Source of the DNA: Candidatus Latescibacterota bacterium
GTDB taxonomy: Bacteria > Latescibacterota > CBDEFO01
NCBI GenBank assembly: GCA_965248755.1
Contig: OZ252149.1
Location: 3,712,001-3,776,000, forward strand
DNA: 64,000 bases
Direction: 5' to 3'
Positions within the stretch are counted from its first letter, which is position 1; every line of letters begins with the position of its first letter. Shown here piece by piece: positions 20,489-31,374 of this stretch. The position numbers and the translations under genes are program-made. Under the pieces are notes generated by a model. That model was not told where the DNA came from and ran no database searches. It was given only the letters and a program-made list of their open reading frames with translations.

Positions 20489-21370
20489 CCTATAATTCTT
20501 TCTGAGCGTTAAATTTAGAGCACCTAATCTGAGTTCGGTTAAGAATGACGAAAGTATTCGTGCGCTCTTCTGTGTCTTATTTGCGTACATCAGATTCTCT
20601 ATCCCTGCAAGGGTTGTGGACAGAACTCCTGAATTAAGCGATACTTTTCTTTCTCCGACTAAGCTGTTTATCGCCGTTTCTGCGGCAGTCGCTACAGTCT
20701 TTTCTTCAGTGTTCGCCAGTTTACTTGAGATCTCAATGATTGCAGCTCTTGGTATCGGCTCAAATACATAGATTAATGCCAAGTAGAATCTGTACGCAGA
20801 AATAGGATTCGATAAATCTCTTATTGGTGTAGCATGTTGCGCCACAGCACGTGAGGCATCCGCTATTTGCTTGACGACAGCCTCTAAATTGCTACTTTCC
20901 ATCGACAGATCAAGAACTCTGCTTTTGGTCTTCGTTCTCAGGTATCGAATTGGTCCAAGATTAATAAAGCTTTTCGCTCGAGCAAACTTTGGATTAATCA
21001 CAACAATCAGCTTGTCCCTTAACTTCTCGTGATTTGTAAACGCACCTAGTTCAGTGAAAGTTCCTGGACTTTGGAGTAGAATGACGACAGCATCTACACC
21101 ATTAGCTAGAAGATTTTCTAAAGTTAGCAAGTCGTGTTTTTGATGTCCAAGGATCAGCTCGATAAACATATCTTCCGGATAGTATATAGAATATCTGTAT
21201 TTAGAGACTATCCCGGATATTCCGTCACCAACATCTCTTCTAAATCTCGTTTCTTCTGAAGAACTGCCACCACAAAGAAAGATTGATACTTCCTTTCTGT
21301 CTTGGACTTCATCTAAGAAGAAGTTCCTTAACTGTTCTGCTACTTCCATAACCTTGGAATTCAAAATCAA
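20465..21370 (-). CDS. Retron effector (St85/Ec86-type NDT-like / N-glycosidase fold with C-terminal wHTH-like region)
   Basis: IFLCGG, YPEDMF, DLLTLENLLA, SPGTFTELGAF, SFINLGPIRYL; GGAG RBS before TTG; adjacent to msr-msd and RT. Confidence 0.88.
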   Translation of the reverse strand: MILNSKVMEVAEQLRNFFLDEVQDRKEVSIFLCGGSSSEETRFRRDVGDGISGIVSKYRYSIYYPEDMFIELILGHQKHDLLTLENLLANGVDAVVILLQSPGTFTELGAFTNHEKLRDKLIVVINPKFARAKSFINLGPIRYLRTKTKSRVLDLSMESSNLEAVVKQIADASRAVAQHATPIRDLSNPISAYRFYLALIYVFEPIPRAAIIEISSKLANTEEKTVATAAETAINSLVGERKVSLNSGVLSTTLAGIENLMYANKTQKSARILSSFLTELRLGALNLTLRKNYRRIWGETK

Positions 21371-21442
21371 AAATTCTCCGCTCTAATTGCAAAATGCCAG
21401 AGCACCGATAAGAATTGGTCTCTACTGAGCATACCCTGCATC

Positions 21443-21471
21443 AATATACGCGCTAACTTGCTTATTGTCAA
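21443..21471 (-). promoter_or_regulatory. Sigma70-type promoter of the retron operon
   Basis: TTGACA-17 bp-TATATT on minus strand, about 70 bp upstream of the effector start. Confidence 0.75.
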
Positions 21472-21474
21472 TCC

Positions 21475-21553
21475 AAAATACACCCTTAATCCCCCAAGGA
21501 TAAGCCACGTAACCATCAGGATGTTTTTCAACGATAATCTTGAATTGTCTCAT
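21475..21553 (-). pseudogene. Truncated HicB-like antitoxin N-terminus
   Basis: GGAGG RBS then MRQFKIIVEKHPDGYVAYPWGIKGV; resemblance is lost at the retron island edge. Confidence 0.55.
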
Positions 21554-21608
21554 AAGAATTCCCTCCTAACCTGTGATGACGTACTTGGCTTTGATCTTTA
21601 TCATTAGT

Positions 21609-22685
21609 TTAGATAGGTAAATGCACTAATCTCCCTTTTTCGCTCGACTCGTATGCGGCCTCCACAATCTCCATGACTCTTAGTGCGTCCTCTCCGCTGG
21701 AGGGAGATTCGACATCTCCCCTCATGGCAGCCCTTACAAACTGCCTCATAAACTCCAGTCCGTGCATGCTCCCATAAGCTTCACTATGGGCCATAGTATA
21801 GCTAAATTTCCGCACCGGAGCCGCTTTCCACTCATCTTTTGCGCTTTCTACTTTCAAGGACACCTCTGGGTTCTGGGGATCCCAGGATATGTTTCCCAAG
21901 TCTCCCTTGATAGTTATATATGTATCGTATGAGGCTCCGTAGTAGCCTGCTGCGCTGCTTGGGAGCATATATCCCGCCTGCATTGTCCCAAGTGCTCCAC
22001 TTCTGAACCTCATGGACACAGATGCCGTGTCCTCAACGTCTATATCTTGGCCGCCCAGGGTCGCCACGATGGCCGAGACGGCTTCAACTTCGTCCTGGAG
22101 CATAAACCTCATCTGATCGAACCAGTGGCAGCCAAGCCACGATAGTATCCCTCCTCCTGAGATGCTCTTTTTGAAGAGCCAGTGCGTGGGATCTCGAAAC
22201 TTGACCTGAGATGTGACCATTCTGGCCTCCATGGCCATAATCCTACCTAAATAGCCCTCCTCTACCAATCTCCTTATCTCTTTGCACAACGGATGAGATC
22301 GCCACGGATAGCACACGCCCATGCAGACTCCTGATTTATTGACCTCTTCAATATTTCGCCTTATGGTCCGGGAGTTATTAGCGGTTGGCTTTTCCGCCAT
22401 GATGTGCTTTTTTGCCTCTGCCGCTTTAAAGATAGCATCTCCGGCCACCTCATTCCTGAGGGCGACAAAGATCATATCAACGTCGTCTCTTTCCAGAAGG
22501 GAATCCAGATCGGTGTAGACATCCTCCACCTTTAATCCGAATTCATCTCGGAACTTAACCAAGTCCTTCTCGTTCTCATCGTAGAGGATGATGGACTCCA
22601 CCTCGTCCATAAGGTCGAGCGTCGTTTTGTGCCCGTGCGAATGCGGATGTGTAACGCCTAAGAGTCCGACCTTTATTCTGGACAA
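21609..22685 (-). CDS. Gfo/Idh/MocA-family oxidoreductase
   Basis: KHIMAEKP, GGGILSWLGCHWFD, VEDTA, AAYESSEKG. Confidence 0.92.
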   Translation of the reverse strand: MSRIKVGLLGVTHPHSHGHKTTLDLMDEVESIILYDENEKDLVKFRDEFGLKVEDVYTDLDSLLERDDVDMIFVALRNEVAGDAIFKAAEAKKHIMAEKPTANNSRTIRRNIEEVNKSGVCMGVCYPWRSHPLCKEIRRLVEEGYLGRIMAMEARMVTSQVKFRDPTHWLFKKSISGGGILSWLGCHWFDQMRFMLQDEVEAVSAIVATLGGQDIDVEDTASVSMRFRSGALGTMQAGYMLPSSAAGYYGASYDTYITIKGDLGNISWDPQNPEVSLKVESAKDEWKAAPVRKFSYTMAHSEAYGSMHGLEFMRQFVRAAMRGDVESPSSGEDALRVMEIVEAAYESSEKGRLVHLPI

Positions 22686-22796
22686 TTCTCCTTCCTTTCA
22701 GACAATTGTCAGATAGGAATGTCTGACCAACCAAGTGGTAGGGTAGGACAGACATTTTGTCTGTCCTTGTACTGACTCGGCACATGGGGTTCGCCC

Positions 22797-24038
22797 CTAG
22801 TTTAGCCTCTCTACCAAAATATCCTTTATCGTCTCATACTCGGCTTCCACCGGTTCTGTCTCTATATTTACAGGTTCGCTTTTGAGCCCTGTCTCGCTGA
22901 CTATGCATGCGACTGTGGAATCTTTGGGGATCGTGCCTTCGTCCAAGAGATTCTTCAGCACGGCTAAAGATACACAACCTGTGGGTCCCGCCCAGATGCC
23001 CTCGCTTTGGGCTAATGTCCTCTGCATCTTCAGTATCTCCTCATCTGAGGCATCCGCTGCAACGCCGCTTTCTGAGCGCAGTATTTCCAGCACGCGATCT
23101 CCCTTTCGCTCAGGGTCGCCCACAGCCATGCCCTCTGCGACTGTGTAGCCTATATCCTGCTTTATTATCTTCCCGCCCTCTGCAAACGCCCTCACGATGG
23201 GATTAGCCCTTTTTGCCTGAGCGCAGACCATCCTGGGCATCTTGTCTATCCAGCCTATGTCCAGCCACTCTTTGAGTCCTCTCCAGCTTGCGATGAAGGT
23301 CTCTCCGACTGCCACAGGGCACACTAAATAGTCGGGCATAGAGCCTTCCACCTGCTCGGCTATTTCGTATGCTATGGTCTTTTTACCCTCCTGCTTGTAA
23401 GGGTTTCGAGTGGCAGAACAGTCAAATATCGGGAGCTCCTCGACAATTCTGTCGTAAATCCTTATCATATTGTCGTAGCCTCCCCTGTAGATTATCATAT
23501 CTGTGGCGCAGGCGTCCATATGATTCATCTTGGGCATCGCGCTCTTCTCGTAGCAGAAGATAAAGGAGCTTATGCCTGCTCTGGATGAGTAGGAAGCGAC
23601 AGACGACCCGGCGTTGCCTGTGCTCACCACAGCCGCCGCTCCAAAGCCGAACTGGAGGGCGGCGGCTACTGCGGTTGCGGAGGATCTGTCTTTGACTGTT
23701 CCCGTGGGATTCGTGCCATCGAATTTTATTAAAAGTCTCTCAACTTCAAATGTCCTGGCCAGATGGGAACACTCCAGGAGGGGAGTTCTTCCCTCCCCTA
23801 AACTCACGAAGTTGGCAGGATCGTCTATCGGCAAGAATGCCGCATATCTCCAGATGCCTTCGCCGGAAAGTTGGAACTTAGATAGTCCGCTCAAGCCCTT
23901 AATATCGTAGGCTATCTCCAAAAGCCCGCCGCATCTCCCACACTCCAATATGTATTCCTTGGGGTAGGCCTTTCCACACTTGCTGCACTTCAGCTCCACT
24001 GCGTAAGAGACGCTGGAGCCTCCTTTGAACTCTGACAT
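22797..24038 (-). CDS. Threonine synthase-like PLP enzyme
   Basis: N-terminal CxxC..CxxC, SLGEGRTPL, NPTGTVKDR, STGNAG, EGKKTIAYE. Confidence 0.85.
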   Translation of the reverse strand: MSEFKGGSSVSYAVELKCSKCGKAYPKEYILECGRCGGLLEIAYDIKGLSGLSKFQLSGEGIWRYAAFLPIDDPANFVSLGEGRTPLLECSHLARTFEVERLLIKFDGTNPTGTVKDRSSATAVAAALQFGFGAAAVVSTGNAGSSVASYSSRAGISSFIFCYEKSAMPKMNHMDACATDMIIYRGGYDNMIRIYDRIVEELPIFDCSATRNPYKQEGKKTIAYEIAEQVEGSMPDYLVCPVAVGETFIASWRGLKEWLDIGWIDKMPRMVCAQAKRANPIVRAFAEGGKIIKQDIGYTVAEGMAVGDPERKGDRVLEILRSESGVAADASDEEILKMQRTLAQSEGIWAGPTGCVSLAVLKNLLDEGTIPKDSTVACIVSETGLKSEPVNIETEPVEAEYETIKDILVERLN

Positions 24039-24387
24039 AGCCTCTTCCGGATATTAAATCAGTAGACGGTAGCCCCCGAATGATTCTATCGGGGATCGGG
24101 GGTAGGGAGGGACTCCTCCGTCCTCCATCTATGCTACCCACTTTTTTTCACAGTGTCAAGACTTTTTTCACAGTTGGGCTTGGAAAGTGTAAATCTCACT
24201 GAAAAAATGACCTGAAGAGACAGCAACTCGGCTCTTTCGCGAACCGACAGTCACTCGCTTACACTTTTAGAACTTGACAGAAGGAAGGAAATTCATTGCA
24301 TTGTAAGGCAGTTATCTATACAGAGGAGCACTATCTTGCTTAGTGCAGACGCTCTGGTCTGCCCCCATACAAAAAAGGAGTGCAAAA

Positions 24388-25654
24388 ATGGCTGTCGAGT
24401 CCGCAGGGTCCAGTGCAGCAGGTGACCCCCATAATGGACGCAGCAAGAATGGTAAAGGTGAACAGTTCTCCAAGATGCCCATAGACTCAGTCTTGTCGCT
24501 GGATGGTCTGTCCGACAGGGCAAAGCTTGTGTATGCTGCTATCCAAAAGTGGGACTGGGGGCAAGGATGTTTTGCAGGGCACAAGAATATAGCCGAAGTC
24601 CTCAGAAGGTCTGAAAGCACTGTAAAAAGGGGAGTCAAGGAACTCAAAGACTCAGGACTTGTAACTATAAAATATGAAGGTCGCGGTCTCAATGCAGCGA
24701 TTTATGTCCTGCAAGATCAAGACAGGTCAGATGTGACCTCTCAAGATCAAGACAGGTCAGATGTGACCTCTCAAGATCAAGACAGGTCAGATGTGACCGC
24801 TCAAGATCAAGACAGGTCAGATGTGACCTCTCAAGATCAAGACAGATCAGATGTGACCCATCTAGACAGCTCAGATGTGACCTCTCTAAACAGGTTAGAT
24901 CTGACCTATCCTTACAATATAACAGACGACTTGGAAATAGACGACTTAGAAACAGACGACACACCTCATGCATGCGGTGATGCTGGCGGTGATAATGACT
25001 TCTCAAAAAGCAAAAGGGAAATAGTCATCCAGTTCTACAGAAAACTTGATCTGCCAGAGGTGTCCAAGAGCTATATAAAGCTTGGCATAAGGCTCATAAC
25101 TAGGCTTGAGAGGCAGGGATACAGTCTTGAGCAAATAGATCTATGCCGCAAGCTGGACACTGGATAATTGCCTTCCAAAGCACTTCGGGCTAGTTGCGCA
25201 TACGATCGGTGAGGCATTGGCGGAAAGGCACAGAAATATCGAACAGGAGCGCATAAGACAGGAACAAATAGTGCGAGAGGAGGAACGTAAGATAGCTCAA
25301 GACGCCAAGCTGCAGGAAGAAGCACAAGAAAGGAATAGAATAATTGACCGATCTCCATACAAAAAGGAGTGGGATCGCTACAGGGAGCTGATTAGAGCGG
25401 AGATTAAGCATCAGTCATACATGACGTGGTTTACTGGGCTTTACATAGATGAGTTATCCGACGGACAGGTAACTTTGAATGTCCCTCACAGGTTCATGGC
25501 TGACTTCATAGGAGAAAATTACGACAAATTGCTAAGGGATATATTCCAGAGAGACGTGAAGCTTCAATTAGAGAGTAGCCCCCGCTCCCCCCCGATAGAA
25601 TCATTCGGGGGCAGCGAAGCCTCTGAGATTGCTTCGTCAGACAGGAATGTCTGA
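24388..25654 (+). pseudogene. Replication-initiator-like protein (N-terminal HTH, internal repeats, C-terminal DnaA-N-like domain) with a +1 frameshift near 25141
   Basis: LSDRAKLVY...IAEVLRRSESTVKRGVKELKDSGLV HTH; removing one base gives ...EQIDYAASWTLDN... running into WDRYRELIR.EI...SYMTWF......VTLNVPHRFMADFI. Confidence 0.68.
24712..24907 (+). repeat. Intragenic 30-bp tandem repeat (iteron-like)
   Basis: CAAGATCAAGACAGGTCAGATGTGACCTCT about x5, then two shorter degenerate units; core palindrome AGGTCA-GATG-TGACCT. Confidence 0.95.
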
Positions 25655-25850
25655 CCCACCACAAGAGTGTGTTGATAATGTGGTTGGTAGGACAGACATT
25701 TTTGTCTGTCCATTTGCGGAATGTCTGAAGGCCCAAGCCAAGCAACGTCATTGCAAACCCCTCTGTGTCATTGCGAGCTAAGCGAAGCAATCCCCGATTG
25801 AATCTATCGGGGACAAGGGATGGGAGGCGGTGCCCCTGTCTACTTGTCTA

Positions 25851-28028
25851 TCAGACCAACCCCTTTCTCCTCCTTATGCTCCACTCGACTGTCAAAAGCG
25901 CAATGAGGAGGATCAAAAGGTACGGTCTTCTGTAGAGTCTGCTTTCTTCCTTGCGCTCCTTATGGCGTTCTTTGAGTTGCAGATCGGTCTTTATCTCGTG
26001 GAAAGTTTCTCTTGTGTAGAACTTACCGCCGCTGGCATAGGCCACTCCTTCGAGGAGTTCTTTATTCATCCTTGTGCTCTGGAATTCGAGGCTGTACCTG
26101 TCCACTGTGAACTCTCCGGAATCTTCTCCTATCGTTCCAGTAGGTGTGGAGGCGGTTGCTTTGAATTCGTAGTTTCCTGGCCCAAGTCCGCTTATGACTC
26201 TGCGATATACGCCATCTTCGTCTTCATTGAAGGTACCTGGGAAGGTACCTGGCAGATCTATCAGCTGAGATTTCGGGCCTTCTATTTTGACCTGAACTTC
26301 TACCCCGACCTGGGGCTGTAAAGCCTCGTCGTAGACGTGGGCAGAGAAGGTCACCTCCTCTCCTCCTGTGTAGATTAAGCGGTCGGTCTCCACGCGCACG
26401 CGGCGGGATGAATTCTTCGCCATAAGCCATCTTACGGCGTTTCCATAGAGTCTTTGGAGGGGGGCGTTGGTGGCGCCGATCCCCCACATCATAAAGTCGA
26501 ATCGCCACAAGGAGGAGGCCGATATAAGACAGGTCTTCCCGAGGCCGTACTCTCCGACAGCAATAATGGGTATTTTTAGAGAGGGATGTACAGCAAGGGC
26601 TGTAGCCTTGGGCCTTAAGCCTGAATTGTTGTTCCACCCCAAAAGGGGAGGGAGGTCTCTCCATATCTCGTTGTTCTCCTCGGGATCGTCGGAGAACCTT
26701 GTAACTGCGTGGTTACTCCCGGCCGGTGTGATTTCAAGATGGAATTTGCCCTCCTGAAAGGACGGTGAAGCTGTGTACGTCACAACGGGCAGGAGAGCGT
26801 TCAGGGGAGATTGGAGAAAGTCCCTGTCCAGTGTCCTGTGCCCTCCGACAAAAAGGATACCTTTGCCCGATCTTACAAAGTCCTTAAGGAGCGTCTCTCT
26901 TTCTCCTTTTAGGGCCTCCCTCGGGACGTCCATAAGGATGGCAAGATCGAAGGCCGCCATCTCTCCTGTTGATTTTGGGAAGCCTCCCCGGTAGAAGGCT
27001 CTCTGATTCTTCAGGATCAGGACATAAAGGTCGAGGCTCTCGTCATTCTGGAGGAATCGCTTCAAAAAGGCGAGGTCAAAACTGGGTTCCCCGGCTATCA
27101 AGAGTATCTTTATTTTGCTTTTGAGGACTTCGACAGCTATCTCTAATGCGTTGTTTTCAAATGATATTTCACTATCCAGGAGTGGGAGTCCGACCGTGTA
27201 TCTGTGGAGGCCGGGCTTTTTAGGTTTGATCTTAAGCTCAACGGTCTGTTCCATCCCGCCTCCGGTAAGTTTGATGCTTTTTTCCCGAACGAGCACCCCG
27301 TCCTCCGATACGGTGACCGGGACTTCGAGGTCCTTGTAGCCTGATCCGCCCACAGTCACCACTATAGGCAGTTCTTTGCCTGTGTAGCTGAAGTCTCTGT
27401 AGGAGATTTTCTCTATCTTGATATCCTTTTGTTCTTCGGGGCTGCCTATCCCGAGGGTATACACGGGGACTTGGATCTTGTCGGCTGTTTTGACGGGATC
27501 CTCTCCGAGGTTGTGTCCTCCGTCTGAAAGGAGTATAATTGCCCTTGTGGGTTCTTCCATCTGCTGGAGATTCAGGGCCTTCGCGATGTCTGTGCCCCTC
27601 CCATCTGTCCTGATGGAGTCAAAGGGAGTTGTGGCCAGGGCATCCAGCCTGTTGGCAAAGGTAAAAAGTTTCATATCGGATCTGCTGCGCAGTTCTTCCA
27701 CAACCGGTCCTTTCAAGATTGAAAGGAGGGTCTCCAGGCGGTCGCCTGAGGCATCTTTGAGGCCCATGCTTTCGCTTGTGTCTATTAAGAGTACTGTCTC
27801 AGGCAGTTTCGTCTCCCTGAAGGTGAGGGATAGTATGGGCTCTGTAAGGAGGACAATGAGGATACAGAGCGTCGATGTCCTTATGATTCCTAAAGTCTTC
27901 CTCAAGCGTGAAGAAGTGGGGGGATTTGTCCTCTTGTAGAGCACATAGCCTCCCAAAGCGGCGATAGGCAGCAGGAGCAGGAACAGGTGATCGCCTAAGA
28001 GCTGGATGTCAAAAGATGAAATATCCAT
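25851..28028 (-). CDS. Membrane protein with vWA domain and glutamine-amidotransferase-like domain
   Basis: Two N-terminal TMs, LLIDTSESM (MIDAS), LLSDGGHN, C-terminal EWSIRRRKGL. Confidence 0.8.
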   Translation of the reverse strand: MDISSFDIQLLGDHLFLLLLPIAALGGYVLYKRTNPPTSSRLRKTLGIIRTSTLCILIVLLTEPILSLTFRETKLPETVLLIDTSESMGLKDASGDRLETLLSILKGPVVEELRSRSDMKLFTFANRLDALATTPFDSIRTDGRGTDIAKALNLQQMEEPTRAIILLSDGGHNLGEDPVKTADKIQVPVYTLGIGSPEEQKDIKIEKISYRDFSYTGKELPIVVTVGGSGYKDLEVPVTVSEDGVLVREKSIKLTGGGMEQTVELKIKPKKPGLHRYTVGLPLLDSEISFENNALEIAVEVLKSKIKILLIAGEPSFDLAFLKRFLQNDESLDLYVLILKNQRAFYRGGFPKSTGEMAAFDLAILMDVPREALKGERETLLKDFVRSGKGILFVGGHRTLDRDFLQSPLNALLPVVTYTASPSFQEGKFHLEITPAGSNHAVTRFSDDPEENNEIWRDLPPLLGWNNNSGLRPKATALAVHPSLKIPIIAVGEYGLGKTCLISASSLWRFDFMMWGIGATNAPLQRLYGNAVRWLMAKNSSRRVRVETDRLIYTGGEEVTFSAHVYDEALQPQVGVEVQVKIEGPKSQLIDLPGTFPGTFNEDEDGVYRRVISGLGPGNYEFKATASTPTGTIGEDSGEFTVDRYSLEFQSTRMNKELLEGVAYASGGKFYTRETFHEIKTDLQLKERHKERKEESRLYRRPYLLILLIALLTVEWSIRRRKGLV

Positions 28029-28348
28029 AAGTATCGTAGACAGCAAACAGTAGACAGGGGGCACCGCCTCCCTTCCCTTGTCCCAGATAGAATCAATCGG
28101 GGGTAGCGAAGCAGTCTGGCCTGATACCACCTGGTGGGTCAGACATTCTTGTCTGACACTTACAAGATAAGATAAAATAGAGGTTCGGTCAAATAAAAGA
28201 GCCGAAACTCCTGATCCGCGATAGAATCAATCGGGGAGAAGCTTCGGCTCTCTTGTAACCGTTATTGAATGTAGGGACGAGCCTACGTGTTCGTCCAAAT
28301 GTTAAAGGGGCAGACCCATGTGTCTGCCCCTACGGATTGTGGTGAGGT

Positions 28349-29474
28349 CTACCGCATCAATATCAGCTTTCTCGTCTGCACGAATCCATCGGTCTCCATC
28401 CGATAGAGATAGACTCCGCTGGCGAGGCTCTCTCCGTTGCTATCTTTAGCGTTCCACACTACTGAGTGACTTCCCGCATCCATCTCTCCATCCACCAACG
28501 TCGCAACCTTCTGCCCCATCATATTAAAGACAGAGACATGAACTCGGCCTCGGACGGGGAGATCGTAGTGGATTACGGTCTCAGGGTTGAACGGATTGGG
28601 ATAGTTCTGAGAGAGGGAATGAGTCTCGGGCATGGCGTATTGATCCAGCGACAGCTCTGTCCGTTCTGTTACAGCAGGGATCAACCCCTCGTTGAGCTGG
28701 ACATCTGCAATCTTTATCAGGTCATCGCCCAGATTGTCACCCACACCAGGTAAGATCTCGAATTCGATGTAGACTATGTCTCCGCTGCCTTCTATTCCAT
28801 CTGCAGAGGCAAAGGCTATCCTAACCTCGTCCCCCTCAATGTTGCTCTGGAACATGAACGGGGACATCATCTCTGAAGGAGATACGCCTGTCACCTTCAG
28901 CTTCGATACGTCGTAGCTGATAGACATATACGCTCCGAGCACACCTGACATATCGTCAATGGAGACAGGGACCTTTATGCCCTTTTCCGATACTTCAGAG
29001 GCGTCTGAGATTGTGACCATGCGAGCTAAGACAGGTGCGGCCTTGGGAGCGCGAGGTTCTCCGAGGAACGGAAGTCCGGGGATTCTCCCGACCACTTTTT
29101 GGAGTATCCGAACGGCGTCAAAAGGTGACACTGTCCCATCGCGAGTCGCGTCGGCGATCGCCAAGAATAGGTCTACGTCTCCGCCGAAGAAGTCGCCTAT
29201 TATGTTCCTGTTCTGAACTGAATGCATCAGCGCTAAAGCGGCGTCAAAGGCCGCGATCCTGCCATTCTGGCTGATGTCACCTACAAGCGCTGTTGTGATA
29301 CCGCCGTCGAAGGTGACCACAGGGGGAAAGCCCTCGTTCAAGAATGTTCCACGTTGTGCCAGGATATCTATCCTTGTTCCCAGCTGTGCGTCGGGACTAA
29401 CCCCGAACAGTGCAAATGCCAGGATACCGTCCTCAGTATCAAAGATCGGAGTTGCCGAGGCAAAGAGCTATTAC
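28349..29474 (-). pseudogene. C-terminal part (cohesin end, dockerin, cohesin, FlgD-like) of the CHRD surface protein
   Basis: Resumes ...VIA(fs)FASATP after the ATTAC duplication; GDISQNG..AAFDA / DATRDGTVSPFDA; YPNPFN tail. Confidence 0.8.
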
Positions 29475-29748
29475 GTCAGATATTTCATAAAGACGAGTAT
29501 AGTCTTTCTCTTTATAGGCCTGGTGTCGGGCGGCTATATGATTGTGGCTCGAGAGATATTAGCCCGGATTTACCCGGCCAGGAGTAGGACAAAAATGCCT
29601 GCATCACCTCTGACGATACCCCCTTAACCCTTCCACCTAACTCCTGATTGTATTTCTCAATAAAGTAATCGACAAGGAAAAAGGGAAGGTCCTCGATATG
29701 CTCGCGTAGCGGCGGCAGGACGATAGGAACGACGTTAAGGCATAAGAA

Positions 29749-31374
29749 CCGACATTCCCCATATCACATTCATGAGGGATTATATTTCGATACATTCTTG
29801 TTTCTGAATTAATATTACCACTTTTACATTTTTCAACAAGTACTTTTTTCAATTAAAATAGTATTTTCCTCTGAATTATCACTTTCTTTGTGTTTAAATC
29901 CTCCAATTAGAGACACCTCTCCATCGACTCACAAAAAAATGTGGCAGTTTAAACAGAATAACATCGCAATCGTTCAATCCGGGATAATATTTCGGCAAAT
30001 AACCTCTTGTCTATCCCAACCTCAGCCATTTGAAACGTAATATATCCGCTGTGTCTGACAATCTTCGCTCCGATTTTGATAAATTTCACGAGGAGGCTGC
30101 GTAGTGACCAGTGTTTGATTTTCTTCGGAAGAACAAAACGTCGCAGGAAGTTGCCCAAGTTGTAAGCCAGAACAAACAGCCAGAGCCTCACCTGATTGGA
30201 GACGAAACGCTTGCATGAGAGTCGGGTCCAGTTCAGAGCATACTTGCCCTCCTTAATCCACTGCTCAGCTCTGCCACGGCCATTGTAGAAGTGTACCACG
30301 CCTTCTGGCTTGGCGCTCATGTTGGTCACGATAAATCCCACTCTTGGGAATAACTCCCCTTGGTGCCATTCAACCTTGGCGACCACTCGCCTCGATTGAT
30401 CCCAACTGGCCGCTTTATATTGAAATTCATATAACGATACAATCGGTTTCCTCGGCGGTCGTCCAACTGGCCGAGTCAGCAGGTATCGTATCTTTTCATA
30501 GAGTATCTCATTTGCGGGAAGCCGAATGGCATACAAATAGCCGTTTCCCTCCAGATAATCATAAATCTCAGGCTTTGCGAATGCAGCATCGCCTCGAAAG
30601 TATTTCCTATTCTTCTTGCTCTCGTATCTCTTGACGATCGGTTCCAGAACTTCCTTCCAACGATCAGCACTGTGAACATTACCAGAGCGAAGTAGGACTC
30701 CTTCACAATCCCCGAACTGATTGAAGCAGAACACTGGATGAAAACAGGTACATCCGAAATGACCGTTGTAAGCTGATCCTTCCTGCTGGCCATGTACCGG
30801 ACTCTCCGAACTGTCCATGTCCAGAATGATTCGTTGATGCTGTGTTTTACTCATCGCTTTTTGAACCCACTTGCCATTGATATCTGACAAGTTTCTGAGA
30901 TTGTCATGCTGAGTCAGTATATCAGTTTCAAAACGTCCTATCGTGTTGGAGCTGGCAGCTTGCCTGCCTTTGTCCTTCTTTCCGGTAATCGCTCGCATGA
31001 CGGGATCAACGGATAATCGCTCGGCGTCATTTACATCTTCATATCCTGCAAGACGGCTGTATATCGATTGACGCAGGAGAGTAGATATATCATGTTGGAT
31101 ATTACGGCCTGTGCGTTTATCGGTAAAAACCGCTGATACCGAATCAAATAATCCCAGTGCGTAATCAAGGTCACGATACGCAAGAAGTCCACCGTTTGAT
31201 GTCACCTTTGCACCATGAAATTCAAGCTTTATTCCTCCATCAAAACCTACTTTCATTCTTTCACCCTCTGGATGATCAATATTTATCCGCCATTTATGAG
31301 TCTTATTTATTGTAATATAACATGTTCTGGCGACTTTGACAACCATTTTTCGGGTCTAATATGGCGAATGGGGG
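29749..31374 (-). mobile_element. IS1380-family element, copy A (1626 bp)
   Basis: IRL CCCCCATTCGCCATAT and IRR CCGACATTCCCCATAT; same sequence as copies B-D. Confidence 0.95.
29949..31346 (-). CDS. IS1380-family transposase
   Basis: TSNGGLL, LAGYEDVND, ILDMDS, RGDAAF, YNGRGRAEQWIKEGK. Confidence 0.93.
   Translation of the reverse strand: MVVKVARTCYITINKTHKWRINIDHPEGERMKVGFDGGIKLEFHGAKVTSNGGLLAYRDLDYALGLFDSVSAVFTDKRTGRNIQHDISTLLRQSIYSRLAGYEDVNDAERLSVDPVMRAITGKKDKGRQAASSNTIGRFETDILTQHDNLRNLSDINGKWVQKAMSKTQHQRIILDMDSSESPVHGQQEGSAYNGHFGCTCFHPVFCFNQFGDCEGVLLRSGNVHSADRWKEVLEPIVKRYESKKNRKYFRGDAAFAKPEIYDYLEGNGYLYAIRLPANEILYEKIRYLLTRPVGRPPRKPIVSLYEFQYKAASWDQSRRVVAKVEWHQGELFPRVGFIVTNMSAKPEGVVHFYNGRGRAEQWIKEGKYALNWTRLSCKRFVSNQVRLWLFVLAYNLGNFLRRFVLPKKIKHWSLRSLLVKFIKIGAKIVRHSGYITFQMAEVGIDKRLFAEILSRIERLRCYSV

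Noticed and set aside
24712..24907. 30-bp repeats as a CRISPR array
   Set aside because: Units are head-to-tail with no unique spacers, lie in frame within a CDS, and no cas genes are visible
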